DNA of 64,000 nucleotides from the NCBI RefSeq assembly GCF_009914755.1, contig NC_060939.1. The stretch is one strand, 5' to 3'. The translations under genes were made by a program, and so were the position numbers. Of this stretch, positions 14,127 to 39,790 are shown piece after piece. Each line of letters begins with the position of its first letter. Within the stretch, counting starts at the first letter, position 1. The notes under the pieces are model-generated. The model worked only from the letters and a program-made list of their open reading frames with translations, did no database searches and was not told the DNA's origin. The stretch comes from the human T2T-CHM13v2.0 reference genome, Homo sapiens.

Positions 14127-14176
14127 AGGAGGAGAGATGGAAGATGAAGACAGGAGGAGAGATGGAAGATGAAGAC
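14127..14176. repeat. Perfect 25-bp tandem duplication
   Basis: aggaggagagatggaagatgaagac occurs twice (14127-14151 and 14152-14176). Confidence 0.9.
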
Positions 14177-14256
14177 AGGGGTCCGATATTGTAGGCCCAT
14201 AGGCCATGTGCAGGAGTTTGGACTTTATTCTTTTTTTTTTTTTTTTTTTTTCTTGA

Positions 14257-14400
<144 letters not shown>

Positions 14401-14579
14401 TAATTTTTTGTATTTTTAGTAGACACAAGATTTCACCATGTAGACCAGGCTGGTCTCAAACTCCTGACCTCAAGTGATCTGCCCATCTCAGCCTCCCAAA
14501 GTGCTGGGATTAAAAGCATGAGCCACCTAGCCCAGCCTGGACTTTATTCGAATTGTAATGGGAAACCACTGAAGGGTCC

Positions 14580-14949
14580 TGATATGGTTTGGCTGTCTCC
14601 CCACCCAAAATCTCATCTTGAATTGTAGTAATCCCCATGTGTCAAGGGAGGGACCAGGTGAAGTTAACTGAACCATGGGTGTGGTTTCCCCCATACTGTT
14701 CTAGTGACAGTGAGTTCTCACAAGATCTGATGGTTTTATAAGGAGATTACCCCTTCATTCGGCTCTCATTCTCTTTCCTGCCACCATGTGAAGGAGGATG
14801 TGTTTACTTCCCCTTCTGCCATGATTTTATAAGTTACCTAAGGCCTCCCCAGCCCTGCAGAACTGTGAGTCAATTAAACCTCTTTCCTTTATTAATTACC
14901 TAGTCTCAGGTATTTCTTCATAGCAGCAGCACGAGAACAGACTAATACA
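14580..14949 (+). mobile_element. THE1-family (ERVL-MaLR) solo LTR in NDUFAF1 intron 3, antisense to the gene
   Basis: Begins TGATATGGTTTGGCTGT and ends GACTAATACA; ~370 bp; contains 'aactgtgagtcaattaaacctctttcc'. Confidence 0.9.
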
Positions 14950-15148
14950 GCTTACATGCTTAGGAGGTACATTTACATGCTTACAAGCATGTAAATGATG
15001 TCATCTGAACTATGCTTCAGAAAGATAACTCTGGCTGCTGTGGAGCCAGGATTTTAGTGGGGCAAGAAGACAAACAGGGAAATCAATAATGAAGCTGCTG
15101 CAATAATCCAAACACCTGGACCAGGGTGGGAGTAGAAGAGATGGCTAG

Positions 15149-15690
<542 letters not shown>

Positions 15691-15966
15691 TGATCCACCC
15701 GCCTCAGCCTCCCAAAGTGCTGGGATTACAGGCGTAAGCCACCGCGGCCGGCCTTTTTTTTTTTGAGATGGAGTCTCACTCTGTCGCCAGGCTGGAGAGC
15801 AGTGGCCCATCTCGGCTCACTGCCACCTCTGCCTCCCAGGTTCAAGCGATTCTCCTGCCTCAGCCTTCTGAGTAGCTGGGACGACGCCACCACACCCAAC
15901 TAATTTTTTTATTTTTAGTAGAGACAGAGTTTCACCATGTTGGCCAGGATGGTCTCGATCTCTTGA

Positions 15967-16373
<407 letters not shown>

Positions 16374-16700
16374 TAGTAGAGACAACAGGGTTTCTCCATG
16401 TTGGTCAGGCTGGTGTCGAACTCCCAACCTCAAGTGATCCGTCCGCCTTGGCCTCCCAAAGTGCTGGGATTACAGGTGTGAGCCACCACGCAGGCCTAGG
16501 ACACCAACTTTAGCAGAGTTGCCTGGAAGACATGAAATGGCAGAAACTTCTAAAAAACAAACAAACCCCATCTATTTGGACACAGAGCAGAGATGTGCCT
16601 GTGACTTAGCATGGACCTGGCCACATCCATATCAAAAATATTCACTAGTTAGTATGTTAACATTTATATTAATGAAACAAAATTCATTTATGTCTCTTAA

Positions 16701-17003
<303 letters not shown>

Positions 17004-17013
17004 TGAAGATTTA

Positions 17014-17208
<195 letters not shown>

Positions 17209-17396
17209 CTAAGATATTGAAAGTAAAGTTCATTGTACCTCATTCTCCATTATTAGCAAAATGTGAGTCATCACCAAGTCAGCATCATCAACAGGATGCA
17301 CTAACCATTTTTCTGACTTTCTGCCCCATAAGAAGGCACATAAACCCAGTGATTATTATTTTAGCACAAAATACTGACATAGTTATATGTTTCTAA

Positions 17397-18128
<732 letters not shown>

Positions 18129-18607
18129 TAGTCCCAGCTACTCAGGAGGCTGAGGCAGGAGAATCGCTTGAACCTGGAGGGCGGAAGTTGCAGTGAGCCG
18201 AGATCACGCCACTGCACTCTAGCCTGGGCGACAGAGCAAGACTCCGTTTCAAAAAAAAAAAAAGAAAGCCACAGGCTAACCCTACATCCACTCTACAAAA
18301 CCCCTGGTCATTACAGAGGTTGTGGTCTTTTTTAGAGGAGATGAAAATCTCTCCAAAAATCTTTCAAATGTCTAACCTCTCAGGATTCCTGAAACATAAC
18401 AATGCTCGTTCCTGGCCCAAAGCAATGCGCAGAAACAAGTTAACTCCTCCTCCTCAGAAACCACTTCCCCCTTGTGCTTCCACTTCACACTTGTGCCAAT
18501 AGTTACTTATCCCCAGACACAGGTGAGGTGCCAAATATAACATGCCAGGTGTTTTCATTTACAGAAACAAAAGCTATCTTCTATAGTTTATGCTACAATG
18601 AAGTTCA

Positions 18608-19234
<627 letters not shown>

Positions 19235-19429
19235 TCAAAATGTAAGTTTCTTCCTGGGCTAGCAAGGGCCACCAAGAAGCTTCAGCAAATAGCCCAATTC
19301 TACCTATAACAGAAGAGACATTGAAGAATTATCAGCATAGCAATGAATGCATCACAATTTCAAATTCAACAGAAATCAGGTATTTTGAAGTTTGTTAACT
19401 TATTTGTTTACTATTATTATTATTATTAT

Positions 19430-23890
<4,461 letters not shown>

Positions 23891-24279
23891 ATTATCAATA
23901 AGGTTTGTTGATAAATCAAAACCATGTAAACAGTATGTTTTCACATGTATTATAAACGTTAAGGGAACCAGGAAAAATTAACAGTTGATCTGAGGTCCCG
24001 GAATTATGGATAATATTTAAATTCCCCCGCGCCGGTTGCACTTAAATGATTTTACCTCTACACATACCGAAATTTGAGAAACAAATGATAGCTCATAAAA
24101 TGTTTTCCAAACCCTCCGTAGTGTTACTTCTCTAATAATATAACTTTAATTATAAATGCTTTGTTTCATTTTTTTTTTCTACCAGTAAACAGAAAATCTA
24201 AACTATTAACTGGACAATACCGCCCTGAGGTTGACGGTGGGTTTTGACAACACAATCCACGCAGCTAGAAGTGAGTAGA

Positions 24280-24447
24280 ATTAGTAAAGCTATCCATGCC
24301 TTACCATGTGCCAGAAACTGCTCTAAGTGTTTCACTGACGGCTCACAACAATCCTGAGAGAGGTACTATTATTATTTCAATTATAGAGACGAAGAAACTG
24401 ACGTTCCAAGGCTAATTTACCCGAGGTCACACAGGTAGTGAGTGGCA
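24280..24447 (-). mobile_element. MIR relic
   Basis: 'acaacaatcctgagagaggtactattatt...gaagaaactgacg...cccgaggtcacacaggtagtgagtggca' matches the reverse complement of the MIR core. Confidence 0.7.
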
Positions 24448-24449
24448 AA

Positions 24450-25189
<740 letters not shown>

Positions 25190-25323
25190 CCCCTGCGTCT
25201 TTCAAATAGAACCCAGTTATTGCTAACGCGCCTGTATCCCTTCCTTCCTTATCTGTCGCCTCGGTCCCCACAAGAACTGCCTGAGGCCTCAAAAGGCCGA
25301 TTCTGCTGGAATTGCCCCCATGA

Positions 25324-25713
<390 letters not shown>

Positions 25714-26266
25714 TGAGCCACCATGCCCGGCCAAAGCACTTAAACATTGTTTGTTTTTGTTTTTTTTTCTTACTGCCAGGGAAGACAGAATCAACATTGT
25801 ATCTTTCACTCACTTCTCACTTCCTTTGCCACGCTGTGAGCTTTCTTGGGTCCAGACTGCGCTGTTTTTCCTTTCCCCAGAATGTACCATAGCGGCGGGA
25901 ATTTAGTGCTTAGTGTGAATTTGAGAGCATATAGTTCCGTAACACCTTTGTTCTCTAAGGTTCCGAAGGAGCTCACTAAATACACTAGCCCTTTCCATGT
26001 TTTCTCCTTCACTAGTTTCCGCGCCGCCTCCTCTTCCTCAAATTCGGCTTGGCTTCTCTAGACTCTACACTTGCCCCCTCAAACCTTACCTTTCTGCCCC
26101 CATCACTGACTCTTCTATTCTCTTCCCACAACCTTTAATGCGGGCTGTCTCTCCATGGCCCATCCTGCCTCTACCTCTTTTCTAGTTTCAAATATAAGTT
26201 ATCGGCCGGGCGCGGTGGTTCACGCCTGTAATCCCAGCACTTTGGGAGGCCGAGGCGGGCGGATCA

Positions 26267-26637
<371 letters not shown>

Positions 26638-26862
26638 CTAGGATGGAAATGCTTGACTGTCCTTGGCTCCTCTCCTTAAAATCTTCTCTTACTGATTTTA
26701 AATCCTGTTGCATTCTCTTGCTGTTTTTGATCTTTGATCTTTTCACACCTTCTTTCCAAGCCCACTGACACGTTTCTTGTTTTTTTGGTTTTTAAAATAT
26801 AGTAGCCATCCTAATGAGTGTGAAGTGGTATCTCATTTTGGTTTTGATTTGCATGTCTCTAA

Positions 26863-26994
<132 letters not shown>

Positions 26995-27528
26995 TGAGTA
27001 GCTGGGATTAGAGGTGCATGCCACCACACCCAGCTGATTATTGTATTTTTAGCAGAGTCAGGGTTTCGTCATGTTGGCCAGGCTGGTCTCCAACTCCTGA
27101 CCTCAGTTGATCCACCCACCTCGGCCATCCAAGGTGCTGGGATTACAGGCGTGAGCCACTGTGCCAGGCTGTTTGCTTAAGTATAGGAAGCCCCATATGT
27201 ATTTATTACCAGTGGAGAAAGGAAGGCTGGAAGAAAGAAAAAAATATTCAAATAGAAAGGAAGGACATGACAATGCCAGGCAGAAGAAAAGGTAGAGTCA
27301 CTAGGGGAAGGAAATATAGGAAATAAAGGAAGGAAATAAAGGCAAAGAGCTGAGGGGAAATGATTATGTAGGTTAACCCAACCATGTCTGTAGCACCTTC
27401 TTCCTTGGCCTCCCAGACAGTGGTAGTGGGCTCCACCAAATCTTAACTATACCTTTGTTCACAACAAAACTGAAACCCAGCCAGGCAGGGTAGCTCACAC
27501 CTGTAATGCCAGCACTTTGGGAGGCCTA

Positions 27529-27940
<412 letters not shown>

Positions 27941-28146
27941 CTAAAAGGAAATGAACAGTAAGAGCATCATTCAGAAGCCTGGGACCAGAGGACATTGAAG
28001 CTGTTCTGAATCCGAATATGAATGGGTGAAGCCCTGTAGTCCCCTATATTGCAGGCAGTGACAAAAGAGGCAGAAGTGTTGTTCAGCCCTGGCCAACCTT
28101 AGAAGGTAGCAGGATCATTTTTTGTTTGTGTGTTTGCTTGTTTTGA

Positions 28147-28325
<179 letters not shown>

Positions 28326-28708
28326 TAATATTGGTCAGGCTAGTCTGCAACTCCTGACCTCAGGTGATCCACCCGCCTCAGCCTCCCAAAGTGCTGGGAT
28401 CACAAGCGTGAGCCACCGCGCCCGGCCTGTTTTTGTTGTTTGGAGACGGAGTCTTGCTCTGTCACCCAGGCCAAGGTGCAGCAGCCCAATCTTGGCTCAC
28501 TGCAACCTCTGCCTCCCAGGTTCAAGCGATTCTCCTGCCTCAGCCTCCTGAGTAGCTGGGACTACAGGGGTGCGCCACCACGCCCAGCTAAGTTTTGTTG
28601 TTTTAGTAGAGACAGGGTTTCGCCATGTTGGCCAGGCTGGTCTCCAACACCTGACTTCAAGTGATCCACCCACCTTGGCCTCCCAAAGTGCTGGTATTAC
28701 AGGCATGA

Positions 28709-28858
<150 letters not shown>

Positions 28859-29764
28859 TAAGTAGCTGAGACTACAGGTGCATGCCACCACACCCAGCTG
28901 ATTTTTTTTTTTTGGTAGAGACAGGGTTTCACCATGTTAGCCAGGATGGTCTCGATCTCCTGTCCTCGTGATCCACCCGCCCCGGCCTCCCAAAGTGCTG
29001 GGATTACAGGCGTGAGCCACCGTGCCCAGCCAGGAGAGCTTTTTCTTTAATTTTTTTTTAAGCTGCTGAGTTTGTGTTAAGCAGGATCCTAATGTCATTT
29101 CCAATCAGTATTAAATCAAATAATATATGTAAAATATTTGCATAATTATTGGAATTATTTGGTAAATGTACAAAAAAGCTAGCTATTATTGCTGAACTAT
29201 AGGACAGTGTTCAACAGGTACACAGTCCAATAGAGGGCATGTCATCAAACAAATAACTGCAGCACAGTTAGAAACTATAGCAGAGGGAGGTATTAGGTAC
29301 AAGACTGGCCCAAAGAAGGGTGTAATGAGTGCTTCTAGGCTAGACATTGAGTTTAACACTTCTCAGGCATTTTCTCTTTTCATTGTCAGAACAATTCTGT
29401 GAAGTAGGTACTCATATTACACCTATTTCCCAGGTAAGAAAACAGATGTTAAGTAACATGCTAGTCACATGCTTATCACAGCTGTTGAAGTAGCAGAGCT
29501 GGGATTCAAACCACGTCTGTCTGCTAAATCCAGGATACATGCTCATTATTCACTACATTGTATCATGTCTGCTCATCCAAGTTAGGGAGTAGTTCCTAGA
29601 GGAAGAACATGAACTGAGCATTGAAGGATAAGGCATTTAACAGACAGATGAGAGGGAGACGGGCACTCCAGGTGAGGGAACATGTATATGCAAAGGCAGG
29701 GAGTTATGAAACAGACCATGTGCCCACAGAAATGGAAGACTTCCGCTTGTCAGAATAGTGATGA

Positions 29765-30001
<237 letters not shown>

Positions 30002-30354
30002 TGATCCGCCCACCTCGGCCTCCCAAAATGCTGGGATTACAGGCATGAGCCATTGCACCCAGCCCGATTTCTACTGTCTAAAAGCAACATAGAGTCAAGC
30101 CCAGGGCCATGCACTTACCATACCATGTCTCTTAAGACTTACCATGGGCCTGACGCAGTGGATCATGCCTGTAATCCCAGCACTTTGGGAGGCCAAGGCA
30201 GATGAATCACCGGAGGTCAGGAGTCCGACACCAGCCTGACCAACATGGAGAAACCCCATTTCTACTAATACAAAAATTAGCCGGGCATGGGGGCGCATGT
30301 GTGTAATCCCAGCTACTTGGGAGGCTGAGGCAGGAGAATCGCTTGATTTGGGTG

Positions 30355-30821
30355 GGATTGACTCTAAATCCATCCTTAAGGGTTGTACTAACTGGTTTTA
30401 TCCAATCAGCATATCTCACCTCTCCGGCCCCAGGGATTGGCTCAGAAGTTGACAATTAACTCAGGTAGTGCCAGGGAGGGCCAGTGACCTCTGGGAACAA
30501 GCAGCTTCTTCCTTCTTCCTTGGAGGCTACTGGAAGAGACCTCTGTCTTCCTCTGGGTAATGTAGTGAGAGCTATTTTGTAACCATGTGGACAGAACCTA
30601 GAGCTGCCTGCCTGTGGGTGAGTTGGGACACCAAGGATTAAGGCAGAGCCAAGAACAGAAAGAAGCCAGACTTCTGACACCATCTGTGCTGCTGAATCAG
30701 GCATTCCCTGAGGCCAGACCTGCTTCTGGACTTTTCAGTCACGTGAGCCAAGATTATGTTGTTTAAACTAGCTTGTGTTGAGTTTTCTGTTACTTGTAGC
30801 CAAAGGCATCCTAACTGATAC
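30355..30821 (+). mobile_element. Old MLT1-type (ERVL-MaLR) LTR
   Basis: Characteristic 3' end 'ctggacttttcagtcacgtgagccaa...gagttttctgttacttgtagccaaaggcatcctaactgatac'. Confidence 0.75.
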
Positions 30822-30903
30822 GGCTGTGGAGGAAGAAAACAGAACATGAAGTCAGCATGCAAGAGGCTTATTTTTTTTTAAATATATATTTTATTTTTCT
30901 TGA

Positions 30904-31005
<102 letters not shown>

Positions 31006-31225
31006 TGAGCAGCTGGGATTACAGGCACGTGCCACCATGCCTGGCTAATTTTTGTAGTTTTAGTAGAGACGGGGTTGCACCATGTTGGTCAGGATGGTCT
31101 CGATCTCTTGACCTTGTGATCCACCCGCCCGGTCTCCCAAAGTGCTGGGATTACAGGTGTGAGCCACCGCGCCCGACTGACATTTTTACTTTTTTTTATT
31201 TTTATTTTATTTTATTTTTTTTTGA

Positions 31226-31333
<108 letters not shown>

Positions 31334-31414
31334 TAGCTGGGATTACAGGCATGCACCACCACGCCCGGTTAATTTTGTATTTTTATTAGAGACGGGGTTT
31401 CTCCATGTTGGTCA

Positions 31415-31818
<404 letters not shown>

Positions 31819-34099
31819 TTAGACAGAAGGGAATGCTCATCCATGCCTGCAACAAAGTAGGCGCTTAATAAATATTTGTAAATTGAGTAGATCAATGATT
31901 TGGGACCTTCTGAAAACTCCTCTATATTGATAGAGGAATTTATCACTGATTTATAGAAGGCTACTTTCTTCTGCATTTTGCATCTTGCCAAGTCATTCTC
32001 TGAGGTCACCCTAGCTTAGGCTTTTGAAATACCTTGTTATCACATGCATGCAGACTTTTTCAGGAAATGTAGAGACAGAAAAGAATCTCTGATCCTGAAC
32101 TCTTTACATGATTTTTAGGCTTCTCTCTCTGTGTCCAGTGTTTTTCAAAATGAGTCCCTCTCATAACTTACAAGGAAATCACTCTAGGCATCTGTTAAAA
32201 ATGCAGATTCTGGCCGGGCGCGGTGGCTCACCCCTGTAATCCCAGCACTTTGGGAGACCAAGGCAGGTGGTTCACGAGGTCAAGAGATTGAGACCATCCT
32301 GGCCAACACGGTGAAACCCTGTCTCTACTAAAAATACAAAAAAATTAGCCGGGCATGGTGGTGGGTGCCTGTAGTCCCAGCTACTCGGGAGGCTGAGGCA
32401 GGAGAGTGGCGTGAACCCAGCGGGGCAGAGCTTGCAGTGAGCGGAGATTGCGCCACTGCATTCCAGCCTGGGCGACAGAGCAAGACTCCTTCTCAAAAAT
32501 AAATAAATAAATAATAATAATAATAATTTTAGCTGAGGTAGGAGGATAGCTTGAGCCCAGGAGTTCAAATCTAGCCTGGGTGACAGAGCAGAACCCCATT
32601 TCTAAAAATATAATAATAATACAAATTAATTAACACAAAAATACAAATAACTTTAAAGATATAAGATTGTTCCTATGGTAACATCCCTTTCACTCCTTGG
32701 TATTGTGATATGCTTTTCTGAAAGCTGTTTTTGAGTACAGTGTACACTTCAGGATATGTGTATATCCAATAAAAGACAGCCTCTGTTACATGTGCTGAGG
32801 TAGGAACAAAAGGTTATGAACTACAGAGCTATCCTGAGAGAGGCCAGAGAGAGGGCTGACCTTACAGCATCTTAAAATTAGTTCCCAGCTCAGCACAGTG
32901 GTTCATGCCTGCCCAACACTTTGGGAGGCCAAGGTGGGAGGATCACTTAAGCTCAGGAGTTTGGGATCAGCCTGGGCAACATATGGAGACCTCATCTCTA
33001 CAAAAATAAAGAAAAATTAGCCAGGTGTGGTGGTGCATTTCTCTGGTCCCAGCTACTTGGGAGGCTGAGTTGGGAGATCGCTGGGGCCTGGGAGGTTGAG
33101 GCTGCAGTGAGCTGTGATTGTGCCACTGCATTGCAGCCTGAGTGACAGAGTGAGACTCAGTCTCAAAACAAAACAAAACTTTGAGATGATGGACACTTGC
33201 ATAGGAAAAAAAAATTAGTTCTCACTTACCAGGAGGAAACAATTAAATACAAAGAAGCCAAGGATTCCCATTTAATATATACTCACCATGTGTATTTTAG
33301 TCATGGAACTCAGGCCTCTGGTGGTAGACATTACCTCATGGATATACAAAGCATTTTCTGACACTCCCTGGTGCCACCTTGGCGTGGCACTCAAACCAGT
33401 CTAACGCTGCAGGGAGAAACCACATTATAGGATAACACATGTTGCATGATCCTGTTTTGGGGTGTGTTTACATGTATTCCCTAAGAGGTCTGGAACAATA
33501 CATACTAAACTAGTCATAGGAGTTTTTCCTGGAGAATGAGATTGGGAGAGAAGAGGGATGAGGGTGAGGACCTCCTTTTTATTTTATATACTTCTGGATT
33601 TGGATTTCTTATTTTGTATTCTAAAAAATAAATTTGGCTGGGCATGTTGGCTCATGTCTTTAATCCCAGCACTTTGGAATTCCAAGGCAAGAGGATCACT
33701 TAAGCCCAGGAGCTCAAGACCAATGTAGGCACCATGGTGAGACCTTGTCTCTACAGAAATATTTAAAAATTAGCCGGGCATGGTGGAGTGCCTGTTGTCC
33801 CAGCTGCTCTGTGAGCCATGATCCTGTCACTGTATTCCAGCCCGGGCAATGGAACAAGACTCTGTTTCAAACAAAACAAAACAAAAACCATAATAGTACA
33901 TTATTTAAAAAAAAAAAAAAGTACATTATTTAAATCCAGGCACAGGGGCTCACGTCTGTAATCCAAACACTTTGGGATGTTGAGGTGGGAGGACTGCTTG
34001 AGCCACGAGTTCGAGACCAGCCTGGGCAACACAGGGAGACCCTGTCTCTGCAAAAAAAATACAAAAATTAGCTGAGTGTGGTGGTGCGCTGTAGTCTCA

Positions 34100-34586
<487 letters not shown>

Positions 34587-34609
34587 CTACAGTAAGAGGT
34601 CAAGGAAAG

Positions 34610-35110
34610 CTGAGCCTGAGGATAATCATCAGAGTAGCCGGAGCTCCAATAAGCTTAAACTCCCAAGCAAGGCAGTGTGCCTAAGCCAAAGGCCAGGCCC
34701 TAGTTGAGAAATAATGGGACCATGACAAATGGGATGGGGATATCTGGTTAATACCCCTAAAGAATTTGAAATCCCAGGTACTCCCGAACCCTCTGAACCT
34801 GCAGAAATGATCTTCCATCCAGCCTCCTCTCCTCCTTTTAGACACTGCAGAGGCTTGTCCCTGGCAGGACTGAAGGATTTCTCCTTCCCCTCAGAATCTG
34901 CTCTTACCCCTCTCCTGGCCACTAGACTTATATAGGGTTAAGTCACCACATAACCCAGTGGGGGACATATTGGGCCTAATAAAGGAGGAAAAGGACTATA
35001 CGCCAAAAGAGCTGCAAGAACTAGCCAAGCAGGTGGTGGCAGGAGCTGGGAGAGTAGCAAACGACTGGATTCTGAGGGTGCCTGATCAAGAGGACCAAGT
35101 TGTAAGATTG
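34610..35110 (+). mobile_element. ERVL-class internal fragment (degenerate gag)
   Basis: Translates piecewise as K*WDHDKWDGDIW (34709-34747), EEKDYTPKELQELA (34985-35026) and DWILRVPDQ (35063-35089). These resemble ERVL gag motifs KEWDPxxWxGDxW, YTPKEL and WILRVWD. Stops and frameshifts are present. Confidence 0.75.
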
Positions 35111-35151
35111 GGCCGGATATGGTGGCTCATGCTATAATCTCAACACTTTTA

Positions 35152-35765
<614 letters not shown>

Positions 35766-36754
35766 TAAATTTTGAGATGGAATTTCACTCTTGTTGCCCA
35801 GGCTGGAGTGCAATGGCGCGATCTCAGCTCACTCCAACTCCGCCTCCTGGGTTCAAGTGATTCTCCTGCCTCAGCCTCCCAGGTAGCTGGGATTACATGC
35901 GCCTGCCACAATGCACAGCTAATTTTTTTTTTTTTGTATTTTTAGTAGAGATGGGATTTCACCATGTCGGCCAGGCTGGTCTTGAACTCCTGACCTCAGG
36001 TAATCCGCCTGCCTCGGCCTCCCAAAGTGCTGGGATTACAGGCGTGAGCCACCACACTCGGCTTGGCCTAACTTACTATTTTTTTTGAGACGTGGTTTCT
36101 CTAAGTTGCCAAGGATGGATTCCACCTCCTGGGCTCAACCGATCCTCCTACCTTAGCCTCCCAAGTAACTGGGACCATAGACCTGTGCCTCCATGCCTGC
36201 TTTGTAAACTTAAACCTTATAAGAACCCAAAGAGACAGACACTATCATTATCCTCATTTTACTAATTGGAAACTTTGACTGGTTGGGTTCTCTGGGAAGC
36301 TGACTCAAGAGGGAGTTTAAAGCAACGTTTATTCACTAAATTTAGACATTGATTAGACTCAATACGGACTAACTTCAGTACGTGAATCATTAGAAGACCC
36401 CTTGCAGAAAGATCAAAATCTACAGATTTCACTCAAAGAACATACTTTTATTAATTCCAGTCAAGGGCCACTGACCATGTCATGGCTTCCTTTTTAGCAG
36501 TACTGTGTATTAACACATTTAAAGAGGGTCCTCCAGAAGGGCACCACAGGCTTCAGGGTGGCTAGACATACGGAAGCTGGGCTGGTGATTCGGGGTCACC
36601 TTGGCCATGGTTCCAAGGATATGTCGGGGGAGAAAAGTCTATGAGCTGTATCTTAGGAAAACTCTTCTAGGGTAAAGAGGTAGTTGGACTTTATTTAGGT
36701 TGTTTTATTTATTTATTTTTTTGAGACAGGGTCTCACTTTGTCACCCAGGCTGA

Positions 36755-36907
<153 letters not shown>

Positions 36908-37369
36908 TAGCTGGGAATACATGCGCCCACCACCACGTCTGACTAATTTTTGTATTTTTAGTAGAAACGGGGTTTCACTGTCTTGGCCAAGTTGGTCTTG
37001 AGCTCCTGACCTCGTGATCCACCTGCCTCAGCCTCCCAAAGTGCTGGGGTTACAGGAAAGAGCCACTGCACCCGGTCCAGATTATTATTATTATTATTAT
37101 TATTATTTTTGAGAAAGAGTCACGTCTGTTGCCAGGCTGGAGTGCAGTGGTACGATTTCGTCTCACTGCAGCCTCCGCCTTCAGGTTCAAGTGATTCTCC
37201 TGCCTCAGCCTCCCAAGTAGCTGGGATTACAGGAACACGCCACTATGCCCGGCTAATTTTTGTATTTTTAGTAGAGACAGGGTTTTACCATGTTGGTCAG
37301 GCTGGTCTCGATTTCCTGACCTTGTGATCCCCCTGCCTCAGCCTCCCAAAGTTGGGATTACAGGCGTGA

Positions 37370-37543
<174 letters not shown>

Positions 37544-37943
37544 TAAAGGAAATAACTTCTGGAGCTGACCTTTTTATCAGCTGACCTCAAACTTAAGTAT
37601 AAAAACTTATTTCCTATACACACCAGTTCCCAAAACCTTCTTCTCTCCTCTTGTATTTCATTTTTTTGATGAAGGGCTCACCTGCCACTAGCTTCCTAAG
37701 CTAGAATCTGAACATCAATAGGTATCTGGGAGCACTCCTTCCCTTACCCCTATCCCAAATCCTGGGGATTCTACGTTCCAAATTATCCAGAGTCCATCCA
37801 CTTCTTTCCATTCCCACAGCTTCGTCCTTAGGTCAGGACACCATCATCTCTTGCCAAGAAGACAACAACAATCCAAGCGATCTCCCTGCCCTTAGTCCAT
37901 TCGCCATACTGCGGTCAGAGTAATCTTTGAAAAACACAAATCA

Positions 37944-38225
<282 letters not shown>

Positions 38226-38292
38226 TCAAAAAAAAAAAAAAAAAAAAAATTAGCCGGGCGTGGTGGCAGGAGCCTGTAATCCCAGCTACTCA

Positions 38293-38604
<312 letters not shown>

Positions 38605-39001
38605 TTAAAATCTTTCAATACTCAAGTTCAAACTCCCTAATTCAGCTTACTTATTAGGATCTGAGTGAGGCAGTCGCCGTGTCCTTCTCCAGCCTGGTCT
38701 GTCGCCTATCCCCACCCACAATCTCTGCTCTGGCCATAACTAACTTCAGTTCTCCGAACCTAACTTTATTATCGCCGGGCCATTTTGCCTACGCTGTTCT
38801 CTGCATGCAACACTCTACTCTCCTTTTGGGTAATTCAGATGCATTCTCCAGGTCCCAGCTCAGCTGTCATTCGCACAGCCCGGGTCGGCAGTCTCCAGCC
38901 CCCAACCGGTGTCCACCGCGTGGTCCAGGCGACTTATGTCTTCCAGGCCGTCGGCCCCTTAAGTACACGCCATCAGTGTTGGACAGCTTGAAAGTAGGTA
39001 G

Positions 39002-39790
<789 letters not shown>

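Noticed and set aside
33312-33387. CTCF-like motif (aggcctctggtggt) and a short inverted repeat gtgccac-N6-gtggcac between the two promoters
   Set aside because: The match is imperfect and short enough to arise by chance; it needs ChIP data.
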